24,338 bases of DNA. Origin: Actinomycetota bacterium (GTDB lineage Bacteria > Margulisbacteria > Marinamargulisbacteria > GCA-2716485 > GCA-002719695). A program made the position numbers and the translations under genes. The DNA lies in assembly GCA_002697535.1 (NCBI GenBank), contig NZWE01000033.1, positions 16,983-41,320 on the forward strand, given 5' to 3'. Shown one piece after another: positions 1 to 7,862 of the stretch (positions within the stretch are counted from its first letter, which is position 1; every line of letters starts with the position of its first letter). The notes under the pieces were generated by a model. That model did no database searches. It was not told the origin of the DNA and worked only from the letters and a program-made list of their open reading frames with translations.

Positions 1-155
1 GTTGCGTTTGCTTGGCATTGTGATAATAAGTGTGGATGTGCCAAATGATCCGCTAATACAACATCAGCTTGTTTTAAAATTTGCAGTCCTTTTACCGTGA
101 TTAAATCCGGATCTCCAGGCCCTGCTCCCACAATATAAATCATACCCTTTGTCAT
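1..155 (-). CDS. cobA: Uroporphyrinogen-III C-methyltransferase (SUMT/CobA-type), N-terminal part, truncated by window edge
   Basis: Reverse-strand reading from ATG at 155 gives MTKGMIYIVGAGPGDPDLITVKGLQILKQADVVLADHLAHPHLLSQCQANA..., the classic tetrapyrrole methylase N-terminal VGAGPGDPxLxTxKG motif. Not in the supplied ORF track because it runs off the edge. It could be fused to a HemD domain. Confidence 0.9.
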   Translation of the reverse strand, partial: MTKGMIYIVGAGPGDPDLITVKGLQILKQADVVLADHLAHPHLLSQCQANA

Positions 156-161
156 GTTTGT

Positions 162-1067
162 TTACGTTATACTAGCTTTTATTTGATGACTCAAATCCCT
201 TATTTTTTCCTTTATTATAGGGGTATTACCATGAATAACGTGTTTATTAAACGTTTTACAGGCTTTATCTGACCAACAGGCTGTTAGACTAACACGATTT
301 GCTTGCTTTGTGGCATATACGCCTAACGGATAATCACAGCTTAAACCAATAGATTTAATTACCGCTTGTTCATACAAGGCTAATTCTTGTTGTAGCTTAT
401 CATTTAAAATCTCTAGAAAGGGGTTTAAATGGCTGTCTGAGCGTTTTTTTTGTATTACAACAACTCCTTGGCCAGGAGCAGGGATGATTTGGTTAGGATC
501 GCATATTAAACTTATTTCGTTTTCACGTTGTAGCCGTATTAAGCCTGCTGTGGCTAGCATAAGAGCATCAGCGTAGCCGTTTTGGCATTTTTGGATACGG
601 GTATCGATGTTACCTCGAATGGGTTTGATGGTAATATCAGGTCGATATTCTTTTAATAAAATCTGACGTCTTAAGCTTGATGTTGCTAGGGTGATTCCTG
701 TTGGCAGGTCTGCTAATGATGAATACGATTGGCCATTTGTCATAATGATACAATCGGTTACGGCTTCTGCAGGGCAAAAGGCGATAAGTTCGGTTTGATC
801 TTCGAGGGTTGTTGTTACATCTTTTAGGCAATGCACAGCACAATCAATGGACCCTTTTAGGAGTTCTTCTTCGATGGCTTTAATAAAAACGCCTTTTCCA
901 CCTAGTTCATGTAAGGGTTGTGTTTGATTATGATCCCCAGCCGTTGTAATGGGAATAAGCTCGATTTTTAGGTCAGGAAATTGTGTTTTAAGACGTGTTT
1001 GAATGGTAGTAGCTTGTTGTAAGGCTAATGTTGATTGACGGGTTCCTATTTTAAGTGTTTGAGACAT
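162..1067 (-). CDS. hemC: Porphobilinogen deaminase (hydroxymethylbilane synthase)
   Basis: KIGTRQSTLALQQA start, HxxKDVTT-like region (HCLKDVTT), LATSSLRR, IRGNIDTRIQK, APGQGVVVIQ; lies between cobA and hemA. Confidence 0.96.
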   Translation of the reverse strand: MSQTLKIGTRQSTLALQQATTIQTRLKTQFPDLKIELIPITTAGDHNQTQPLHELGGKGVFIKAIEEELLKGSIDCAVHCLKDVTTTLEDQTELIAFCPAEAVTDCIIMTNGQSYSSLADLPTGITLATSSLRRQILLKEYRPDITIKPIRGNIDTRIQKCQNGYADALMLATAGLIRLQRENEISLICDPNQIIPAPGQGVVVIQKKRSDSHLNPFLEILNDKLQQELALYEQAVIKSIGLSCDYPLGVYATKQANRVSLTACWSDKACKTFNKHVIHGNTPIIKEKIRDLSHQIKASIT

Positions 1068-2073
1068 GGGTTTGTTTGTATAAAAACCATTTCATAATAT
1101 TGGCTAATTCTTCATCAATGATGGCGTTTACTTTTGATAATTCTCCCATTTTTTTCTTAACGTTAATATTAGCAACTTCTTTTAAACCATCAACATTAAT
1201 TAAGGTTGTTTTTGCTTGGTTTTCTAGTTCAGGATTAATGTTACGTGGTAATCCTAAATCAATCATTAAATAAGGTTTTTGTGTGTCAAAGTGTTGTTGA
1301 TTAAATAATGGTTCTCGTACAGATGTTGCACAGATAATAATGTCAAAGTGTTTAATAGAATCTGTGATGGTTTCAAATGAAATGCTGTTAACATCATGAT
1401 CAGTTGTTAATGTATCAATGATGGCTGATGTTCGGTTACAAAGGGTAACATCAGGATGTCCTAAGGCATATAACTTTTTAAAACAACGTGTTCCCATGGT
1501 TCCCATACCAACAATACAAATTGATTTAGAAAAGTAATCTAGTTGTGTTTGACGAATGGCTTCAATGGCAATAGAACTTACCGAATAAGCACCTCGACTA
1601 ATGTCTGTTTCTGTTCGTACTCGTTTGCCAACACTAATAGCCGTTTGAAAACATTTGTTTAAAATAGCTCCTGTTAACCCTTGTTTTGCAGCATGTTCAT
1701 AGGTTTGTTTAATTTGAGTTAAAATTTCATTTTCTCCAAATACCATGGATTGGGTACCCGATACCACATCTAATAAATGATGAATTGTTTCTTCTTGGTC
1801 ATGGTTTTTAAGTAAAGATGTGACGGTGTTTTCAGATACTTTTTTTTGTTTTGCTAAGGTTTTAATTAACCAGGTTTTGGCATCATCTAAATTTTTGGCA
1901 ACCAGATAACATTCAACACGGTTACAGGTTGTTAAGATAATACATTCTTCAATTACGGTTGATGAGCGAATTTGATCATACAAAAGCTGCTTCCCGTCTT
2001 TATTTAAAAAGATCGGTTCAATGTTTTTGATGGCTGTTTGCGTATGATCTACGCCCAATAAGCCTAGTGCCAT
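1051..2073 (-). CDS. hemA: Glutamyl-tRNA reductase
   Basis: LTTCNRVECYLV active-site Cys motif, GENEILTQIK, GRxxRTETDISRGAYSVSSIAIE; overlaps the hemC start by 17 nt. Confidence 0.95.
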   Translation of the reverse strand: MALGLLGVDHTQTAIKNIEPIFLNKDGKQLLYDQIRSSTVIEECIILTTCNRVECYLVAKNLDDAKTWLIKTLAKQKKVSENTVTSLLKNHDQEETIHHLLDVVSGTQSMVFGENEILTQIKQTYEHAAKQGLTGAILNKCFQTAISVGKRVRTETDISRGAYSVSSIAIEAIRQTQLDYFSKSICIVGMGTMGTRCFKKLYALGHPDVTLCNRTSAIIDTLTTDHDVNSISFETITDSIKHFDIIICATSVREPLFNQQHFDTQKPYLMIDLGLPRNINPELENQAKTTLINVDGLKEVANINVKKKMGELSKVNAIIDEELANIMKWFLYKQTHVSNT

Positions 2074-2079
2074 CAGTCG

Positions 2080-2108
2080 ATTGTACCTATTTAGCCCATC
2101 TTTTACAA
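2080..2108 (-). promoter_or_regulatory. hemA promoter candidate, -10 placed for a leaderless start
   Basis: Minus strand reads TTGTAA-N17-TACAAT-CGACTG-ATG. Confidence 0.6.
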
Positions 2109-2188
2109 TAGATCTCTAGTTATTGATAGGTTGTTTTTCTGTTTATTGTATCTTTTGTTTTTAATTTTCACTGGGTATACTAACGGTT

Positions 2189-3484
2189 ATGGATCGTCTT
2201 ACGTCACAAAAATTGTTTAAACAAGCTCAAGAATCCTTGGTTGGAGGCGTTAATAGTCCGGTTCGAGCATATCAAGCGGTTGAAGGAGATCCGGTTTTTA
2301 TTAAACAAGGATCAGGTTCTCATGTAACCTGTGAAGATAATCAGTCTTATATTGACTATGTATTATCTTATGGCCCACTTATTTTGGGGCATGCTCATCC
2401 TGCTGTTTTAGCTAGCTTAGCTAAGACGATGCAAGCAGGAACAACGTTTGGGGCACCTACTCAGTTGGAAACACAATTAGCAGAGACCATTAAATTATTT
2501 TATCCTTATGTTGATAAGGTTCGTTTTGTTAGTTCGGGGACCGAGGCTTCTATGAGTACGATTCGGGTGGCACGTGGTGTTACTAAGCGATCGATTGTTG
2601 TTAAATTTAAGGGTTGTTATCATGGACATGTTGATTCTTTGTTAGTGTCTGCGGGTTCGGGTTCAGCTACGTTGGGGGTTGCTGATAGTGCGGGTGTTTT
2701 ATTAGATTCTGTCTCTCATACGGCTGTTTTAGATTATAATAACTCTCAGCAAATACAGGACTTTTTTAAAGAACATGGTGATGATGTTGCTTGTGTTTTG
2801 TTAGAACCTGTTGCAGGTAATATGGGAGTCATTGTTCCTGATTTAGAATTTATTAAGATATGTCGAGAGTGTTGTGATAATTTTGGATCTTTATTGGTGT
2901 TTGATGAAGTGATGTGTGGGTTTCGTACACAACGATCAGGAACTCATGAATGGATTGGGGTTGAACCCGATATGGTGATTTTAGGTAAAGTTATTGGTGG
3001 GGGTTTGCCATGTGGAGCGTATGCTGCTAAAGCTGATATTATGGATCATGTTGCCCCGTTAGGGCCTGTTTATCAAGCGGGTACTTTGTCGGGCAATCCG
3101 TTAGCCATGGCGGCTGGTTTAGCCACATTAACGGCATTAAAAGATGGTTCTATATTTGAGACGGTAAATCGTTATACGGCCGATTTAGCTAATGGTATTC
3201 GTGAGAGTATTCAATCTTGTGGTATTCCTGCTTCTATCAGTCAAAAAGGGTCGATGTTTACGTTATTTTTTACGGAACAGTTACCACAGACGTTTACGGA
3301 TGTTCAAACCTGTGATTTTGATCGATTTAAACAGTTTTTTCATGCTATGTTAGATCAGGGAATCTTTTTACCTCCATCTCAATATGAAGCTTGTTTTACA
3401 TCAGGCGTTCATGATGATAAGGATTTAAGTAATACGTTGAACTCAATTAACTATGTATTAACAATGTTTAAAGATTCTGTATAA
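2189..3484 (+). CDS. hemL: Glutamate-1-semialdehyde 2,1-aminomutase
   Basis: PLILGHAHPAV, FVSSGTEASMSTIRVARG, FKGCYHGHVDSLLVSAGSG, FDEVMCGFR, PDMVILGKVIGGGLPCGAYAA (PLP lysine). Confidence 0.97.
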   Translation: MDRLTSQKLFKQAQESLVGGVNSPVRAYQAVEGDPVFIKQGSGSHVTCEDNQSYIDYVLSYGPLILGHAHPAVLASLAKTMQAGTTFGAPTQLETQLAETIKLFYPYVDKVRFVSSGTEASMSTIRVARGVTKRSIVVKFKGCYHGHVDSLLVSAGSGSATLGVADSAGVLLDSVSHTAVLDYNNSQQIQDFFKEHGDDVACVLLEPVAGNMGVIVPDLEFIKICRECCDNFGSLLVFDEVMCGFRTQRSGTHEWIGVEPDMVILGKVIGGGLPCGAYAAKADIMDHVAPLGPVYQAGTLSGNPLAMAAGLATLTALKDGSIFETVNRYTADLANGIRESIQSCGIPASISQKGSMFTLFFTEQLPQTFTDVQTCDFDRFKQFFHAMLDQGIFLPPSQYEACFTSGVHDDKDLSNTLNSINYVLTMFKDSV

Positions 3485-3527
3485 AGGGAATTTGATAGTA
3501 ACTCTTTAAAGTGTTGTAAAAGACTCT

Positions 3528-3533
3528 TATAAT
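3528..3533 (+). promoter_or_regulatory. Candidate -10 box for the motor-like cassette
   Basis: Perfect TATAAT 20 nt upstream of ATG 3554; weak -35 TTTAAA at 3505-3510 with 17-nt spacing. Confidence 0.45.
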
Positions 3534-3553
3534 AGTAGGGTAAATTATCAAAT

Positions 3554-4741
3554 ATGAATAAGATGAAAGTAAATGTTTTAGTTATTATTTTTTTGTTGGG
3601 CTTTTCAACAAGTTTATGGGCTGTTGCTGCAGAACCTGATGGAAGTCGTTCAGAATATGATGAAGCTGTTGAATTAGAGTCTCAAGATACTCAAAAAAAG
3701 GATGTTGTTGATACGCCAGAGACTAGTTTAGAACAACCTGTCGAATCGCTTGATACGTTTGATACGGATAATTCAAGCAAAACAGTTGTTAAAGATAATC
3801 GTTCTGATGATGCTACTGTTGATATGATGATGGCAGATGTTGAAGAAGTAAGTGTGGAACTTGATGATGATATTATAGAAGTTTTAGAAGAATATGAGGG
3901 TTTAATTAAACGAAAACAATTTACCAAAGCTAATGAAGTTCTAACTAGTATTCCGATTGGTGCTTTAAATAAAAATCAACGGCGGCAAAAGAAAATGCTT
4001 AATGTTTTTGAGAAAATTGCTGCTGATCAAGCTGAGAATGAGCGACAATTTGGTAAAGATGAATCGTTGGATCAATCTGTTATGAAAACAATAAAACGGT
4101 TACAACGTCAGGCAAAAGTTTATATTTTAGAAGGAAGAACGGTTTTACCGCGTGACTTGTTAATTCAATCTCTTTATTTAGATCGTAAAAATTATTTGTC
4201 GAAACAATTGTTAGATCGATGTTTACAGTTACCTTTAGGATCTTATCAAGTTGAAAATATTGAAAAGAAATATTGGAATAATTCTTTAATAGAATTAAGA
4301 AGTGGGTTTCCTTCAAAATCAGTTGATTCGTTACAAATGTTGGCTAATTTTGATCCTGAAAATCCAATGATTTTTGAACGTATGGGTTCAGCTTTTTATA
4401 TGTCTGGTCAGGTTAAAAAGGCTGTCGAGGCTTGGAAACGTGCTTTATATTTAAGTCCAGAACGAAATGATTTAAAAGAGTTTATTGTTAATGCTGAAAA
4501 AGAAGTGGAGCGACAAGAAAAACTATCAAAAGCTTATTTTGACAGTAAAAAGAAGAAAAGTGATACAGGATCAGTTCAATCTGATGTGCCTATGCAGGTG
4601 TTACGGGTTGTTAATGATTCCAATACAGCCTTTAGTTATGCTCAAGAAGTTCGTCAACAGTTGGGTAAAGGTGTTAATGTGGTTGTAGAAGAACTTGATA
4701 ATGGTAAATGGGCTGTTAAAGTTCCAATCAAAAAAAAATAA
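3554..4741 (+). CDS. Secreted/periplasmic TPR-like protein, first gene of FliFG-MotAB-like cassette; possible SPOR-like C-terminus
   Basis: Signal peptide (MKVNVLVIIFLLGFSTSLWAVA), acidic low-complexity N-terminal region, TPR-like repeat (AFYMSGQVKKAVEAWKRALYLSPER), C-terminal YAQEVRQQLGKGVNVVVEELDNGKWAVKVP. Confidence 0.7.
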   Translation: MNKMKVNVLVIIFLLGFSTSLWAVAAEPDGSRSEYDEAVELESQDTQKKDVVDTPETSLEQPVESLDTFDTDNSSKTVVKDNRSDDATVDMMMADVEEVSVELDDDIIEVLEEYEGLIKRKQFTKANEVLTSIPIGALNKNQRRQKKMLNVFEKIAADQAENERQFGKDESLDQSVMKTIKRLQRQAKVYILEGRTVLPRDLLIQSLYLDRKNYLSKQLLDRCLQLPLGSYQVENIEKKYWNNSLIELRSGFPSKSVDSLQMLANFDPENPMIFERMGSAFYMSGQVKKAVEAWKRALYLSPERNDLKEFIVNAEKEVERQEKLSKAYFDSKKKKSDTGSVQSDVPMQVLRVVNDSNTAFSYAQEVRQQLGKGVNVVVEELDNGKWAVKVPIKKK

Positions 4742-4750
4742 GGGGTTAGT

Positions 4751-6190
4751 ATGAAAAAAATAATTATTTTTATTCTTTGTTTATTATGTTTTTCACAGTG
4801 TTTATTTGCTGCATCAGATCGATATTTAATAGAAGATAATTTAACTGGGATTGCTCAGCAAACATTAGATGCTATGTTTGGAAAAAATAATTTTATTGTT
4901 CGTGTTCAAGTTCAGATGACAGATTCAAAATATAATGTTCGGTATACTAAAGAATCAAATCCGCAACAATCAAAATCAAAATCTAATAAAGAGGGGGAGC
5001 AAGTTTATATTTTACCTGGGGTTCCAGCTTTAAAAAATATTGCACCTGATTCTTTAAAACAGCTTCCTTATGATTCGGTTACAACGTTAACGGAACCTAA
5101 AATTAAACGTATTCTTGTTAAGGTTTTAGTGAATAAGTCTTACCCACGTAGTCAGGCAAAAAAAGCAGAAAAGGCTTTAAAAGATGTTTTAGCGATGAAA
5201 AGTGGTCGGGATAAAATTAAGATGGAATATACAAAATTTTATGAGGATCCTAACGAAAAATCTCAAAATATTACTATTTTACCAGGTCCAGAAAAAATTA
5301 TGTCATTAGGTAATTTGTTTAATGTTCTTATTATTTTATTATTTATTATTTTTATTTTTATTTATAGTCGCTATCAAAAGTTATTATTAGCAAAAGAAGA
5401 TTCATCAGATTCAGGGGGTCCTTCCATTAGTGTTAATCCTAACTTAGAACTTCCAGAAGGCTTAGGTGGAGGAAGTAATGGATCGGATATGAGTATTAAT
5501 ATGAATGCTGATGTTAAACGATATTTTGATTTTGTGACTCAAAATAATATTTCTGATTTTATTTTTCTTATTAAAAGTCAGAACTTAAAACCTGATTATA
5601 TTAGTTTAATTATATCGTTTTTAGCGCCTAATTTATCAGCTAAAATTTTAAATAGTTTGGAACCTAAGGTACAAGCTCAGGTTACAGTTTTATTAACTGA
5701 GCAACGGTTAGGAAAAAAAGATTTGTTGGATAAATTAGAGAAGAAGTTAAAATCTGATGTTGAATGTTTTGTTGGTGGAGATGATAAAGTAGCTGATCTT
5801 TCTGAATCATTATCTAATAAGCAACGAAAAGAAATTACACAATTTTCTAAAAAAATTAATCCAAAAGGGTATAAAAAGTTACGTCCGCATATGGTTTTGT
5901 TTGACGATATTCTTCTTTTAGATGATTCAGAGTTACAATTTGTTTTATCGGATTTAAACTTAGAACAACTTGCTACAGCTTTAGTTGGTGCTGATCAAGG
6001 GTTGTTTTCAAAAATTAATGATAATTTAACAAAAGGTGCCCGAGATATGGTTGGACAGTATTTAGAGCTAAAAAGTGAGTCTTCTAATGAATCTCATATT
6101 GAAAGTGCTCAAGATGCTATAATAAAAGTGTTAAGGAAGTTAGATGCTCAAGGAAAAATTAAATTGGCTGATAAATTAAAGACAGCATAA
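4751..6190 (+). CDS. Chimeric rotor-like protein: signal peptide + FliF C-terminal-like periplasmic part + one TM + FliG middle/C-terminal-like cytoplasmic part
   Basis: Signal peptide; QQTLDAMFGKNNFIVRVQVQM and PKIKRILVKVLVNKSYPRSQAKKAEKALKDVLAMKSGRDKIKMEYTKF resemble the FliF periplasmic C-terminal region; TM LFNVLIILLFIIFIFIYS; PDYISLIISFLAPNLSAKILNSLEPKVQAQVTVLL (FliG-M-like), FVGGDDKVAD (GG linker), MVLFDDILLLDDSELQFVLSDLNLEQLATALVGA...ESAQDAIIKVLRKLDAQGKIKL (FliG-C-like). Confidence 0.85.
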   Translation: MKKIIIFILCLLCFSQCLFAASDRYLIEDNLTGIAQQTLDAMFGKNNFIVRVQVQMTDSKYNVRYTKESNPQQSKSKSNKEGEQVYILPGVPALKNIAPDSLKQLPYDSVTTLTEPKIKRILVKVLVNKSYPRSQAKKAEKALKDVLAMKSGRDKIKMEYTKFYEDPNEKSQNITILPGPEKIMSLGNLFNVLIILLFIIFIFIYSRYQKLLLAKEDSSDSGGPSISVNPNLELPEGLGGGSNGSDMSINMNADVKRYFDFVTQNNISDFIFLIKSQNLKPDYISLIISFLAPNLSAKILNSLEPKVQAQVTVLLTEQRLGKKDLLDKLEKKLKSDVECFVGGDDKVADLSESLSNKQRKEITQFSKKINPKGYKKLRPHMVLFDDILLLDDSELQFVLSDLNLEQLATALVGADQGLFSKINDNLTKGARDMVGQYLELKSESSNESHIESAQDAIIKVLRKLDAQGKIKLADKLKTA

Positions 6191-6199
6191 GGAGATAAT

Positions 6200-6979
6200 A
6201 TGAATTTAAATATTTTTGTAGGTCTTTTTATTGCTTCTTTAGCGATTTATTTAGGAGCTCCTGATGTTCGTAATGATATTACGGTTTATTTGCAGTTTAA
6301 TGCTTTTTTATTGGTTTTTCTGGGTACGTTTGGATCGACGTTAATTAGTACGTCTTTTGCTGATTTTCGTGGGTTATATGTTTTGTTTATTAGTTTGTTT
6401 TTTAGAAAGAAACGATTTTTGTCGCCAGTTGATGCTATTAAAATTATGGTGGATTTATCAGATCAAATTCAACATATTTCTCGACAATCTTTACCTGATA
6501 AAGTCGTTCATTTAAAGGATGCTTATTTGTCTAAAAGTATGGATATGGTTGCAGCAGGTTTGGATAAAGAGTTTGTTTTAGATGCGTTATATACGGATAT
6601 TGATGAACTTAGAAATAGACATTCTAAAAAGATTTCAGCTGTTCGTACTATGGGGTCTTTTGCTCCTATGTTTGGTATGGCTGGTACGGTTATTGGGGTT
6701 ATTCAGGTTTTAAAAAATGTTACTGATATTGAAAATATTGTTGCAGGGATGGCCTTAGCTTTGTTAACTACTTTATATGGTTTAATTTTTACATCTATTT
6801 TATTTCTTCCTTTAGCGAATAAGTTACAAGCTTTAAGTGAAGAAGAAGTGTTATCAAAACAAATTATTAGTCAAGGTACGGAAATGGTGTTAGATAAGGA
6901 AATACCGCTTAAAGTTGAAAAGTATTTAACTGCTTATTTGGAATCGAGTCAGCAAGATAATCTGTTTAAAAAGAAATAG
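6200..6979 (+). CDS. MotA/PomA-like stator protein
   Basis: FAPMFGMAGTVIGVIQVLKNVTDIENIVAGMALALLTTLYGLIFTSILFLPLANKL is a textbook MotA/PomA TM3-TM4 block; SD AAGGAG upstream. Confidence 0.94.
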   Translation: MNLNIFVGLFIASLAIYLGAPDVRNDITVYLQFNAFLLVFLGTFGSTLISTSFADFRGLYVLFISLFFRKKRFLSPVDAIKIMVDLSDQIQHISRQSLPDKVVHLKDAYLSKSMDMVAAGLDKEFVLDALYTDIDELRNRHSKKISAVRTMGSFAPMFGMAGTVIGVIQVLKNVTDIENIVAGMALALLTTLYGLIFTSILFLPLANKLQALSEEEVLSKQIISQGTEMVLDKEIPLKVEKYLTAYLESSQQDNLFKKK

Positions 6980-6988
6980 GGGACCACA

Positions 6989-7684
6989 TTGCCAAAACGT
7001 AAGTTACAAGTTAACAAGCAATCTGGGGGTGATGGAGGTGCTAGTGAGGTTCAAACAATTTATGCTGATTTAGTTACTTTTGTTATGATGTTATTTATTT
7101 TGTTATTTGTTTTGTCTTATAATGACGAGAAATCACAGGACTTTATTACAGAACTACAAATTAAATTTGGTGAAGAAGTAGAAGATAAACAACAAACATT
7201 AACTACGGATGCGTTGTTGGTTAGTAAAATTAATCATTATATTAAAAAAGAAGATTTATCTGAGTATGCTCATGTTGTTGTTGATGAGTATCGGGTTAAA
7301 ATGATTTTAAATCCACCTATTTTGTTTGATAGTGGTAAGGTTGCGATTAAACAAGCTGGTAAAAAAGTTTTAGCGGGGGTTGGTGATATTTTTGATAATG
7401 TTGTTAATCCTTTGGAAATTGAGGGACATACGGATAATGTTCCTATTAATACAGAAGAGTATGCTTCCAATTGGGAATTATCATTTTTTAGAGCTTTTTC
7501 GGTTGTTAAATATTATATTTTTTCACGTGGCTATGATCCTGTTAGAATGACGGCGAAAGGATTTGGTGAATATCGTCCTATTGTTGATAATAGTACAGTT
7601 TTGAATCGTGCTCAAAATCGGCGTATTGAAATTAATGTTATTCGTATTACGGAAACAGATGATTTTGATGATGCGTCTTATTAG
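6989..7684 (+). CDS. MotB-like stator protein with OmpA-type peptidoglycan-binding domain (TTG start)
   Basis: IYADLVTFVMMLFILLFVLS (TM with ion-binding Asp), LFDSGKVAIKQAGKKVLAGVG, LEIEGHTDNVPI, RAFSVVKYYIFSRGYDPVRMTAKGFGEYRPIVDN, NRAQNRRIEINV. Confidence 0.94.
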   Translation: MPKRKLQVNKQSGGDGGASEVQTIYADLVTFVMMLFILLFVLSYNDEKSQDFITELQIKFGEEVEDKQQTLTTDALLVSKINHYIKKEDLSEYAHVVVDEYRVKMILNPPILFDSGKVAIKQAGKKVLAGVGDIFDNVVNPLEIEGHTDNVPINTEEYASNWELSFFRAFSVVKYYIFSRGYDPVRMTAKGFGEYRPIVDNSTVLNRAQNRRIEINVIRITETDDFDDASY

Positions 7685-7736
7685 TTATTAAGTTACTATT
7701 TATTAAATTTATAAGATTTTTTTATGATGTGTTGTT

Positions 7737-7862
7737 ATGGCTTCAATATTATCATATAAATCTTTCAATTTTATGCTAGGAGCTATTATTATAATGCTTG
7801 GTTTTTACATTTTTATTTGGATTAACAGAGTGTTGGGTTTATCTAAAGATTGGGGAATTTAG
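7737..7862 (+). CDS. Small single-TM protein (41 aa), possible fifth member of the cassette
   Basis: [50 protein letters not shown]; one TM; 52 nt after motB-like stop; overlaps the rho 3' end by 24 nt. TATGAT at 7723-7728. Not in the supplied ORF track (below its size cut-off). Confidence 0.4.
   Translation: MASILSYKSFNFMLGAIIIMLGFYIFIWINRVLGLSKDWGI

Noticed and set aside
637-843. 68-aa + or - strand shadow ORF inside hemC
   Set aside because: Sits entirely over the convincing hemC reading frame and has no family motifs.
3691-4688. ORFs 3691-3927, 4080-4316 (minus) and 4485-4688 (plus) inside the TPR-like gene
   Set aside because: Shadow ORFs of a well-supported coding frame with biased composition.
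7270-7470. 66-aa antisense ORF inside motB-like
   Set aside because: Overlaps the conserved OmpA-like domain frame; no independent support.
3554-7684. Possible Zorya-type (ZorA/ZorB) anti-phage system because of MotA/MotB-like genes
   Set aside because: The MotA-like protein is only 259 aa without the long ZorA coiled tail, and the partners are FliF/FliG-like rather than ZorC/D/E helicase or nuclease genes. No defence genes flank it.
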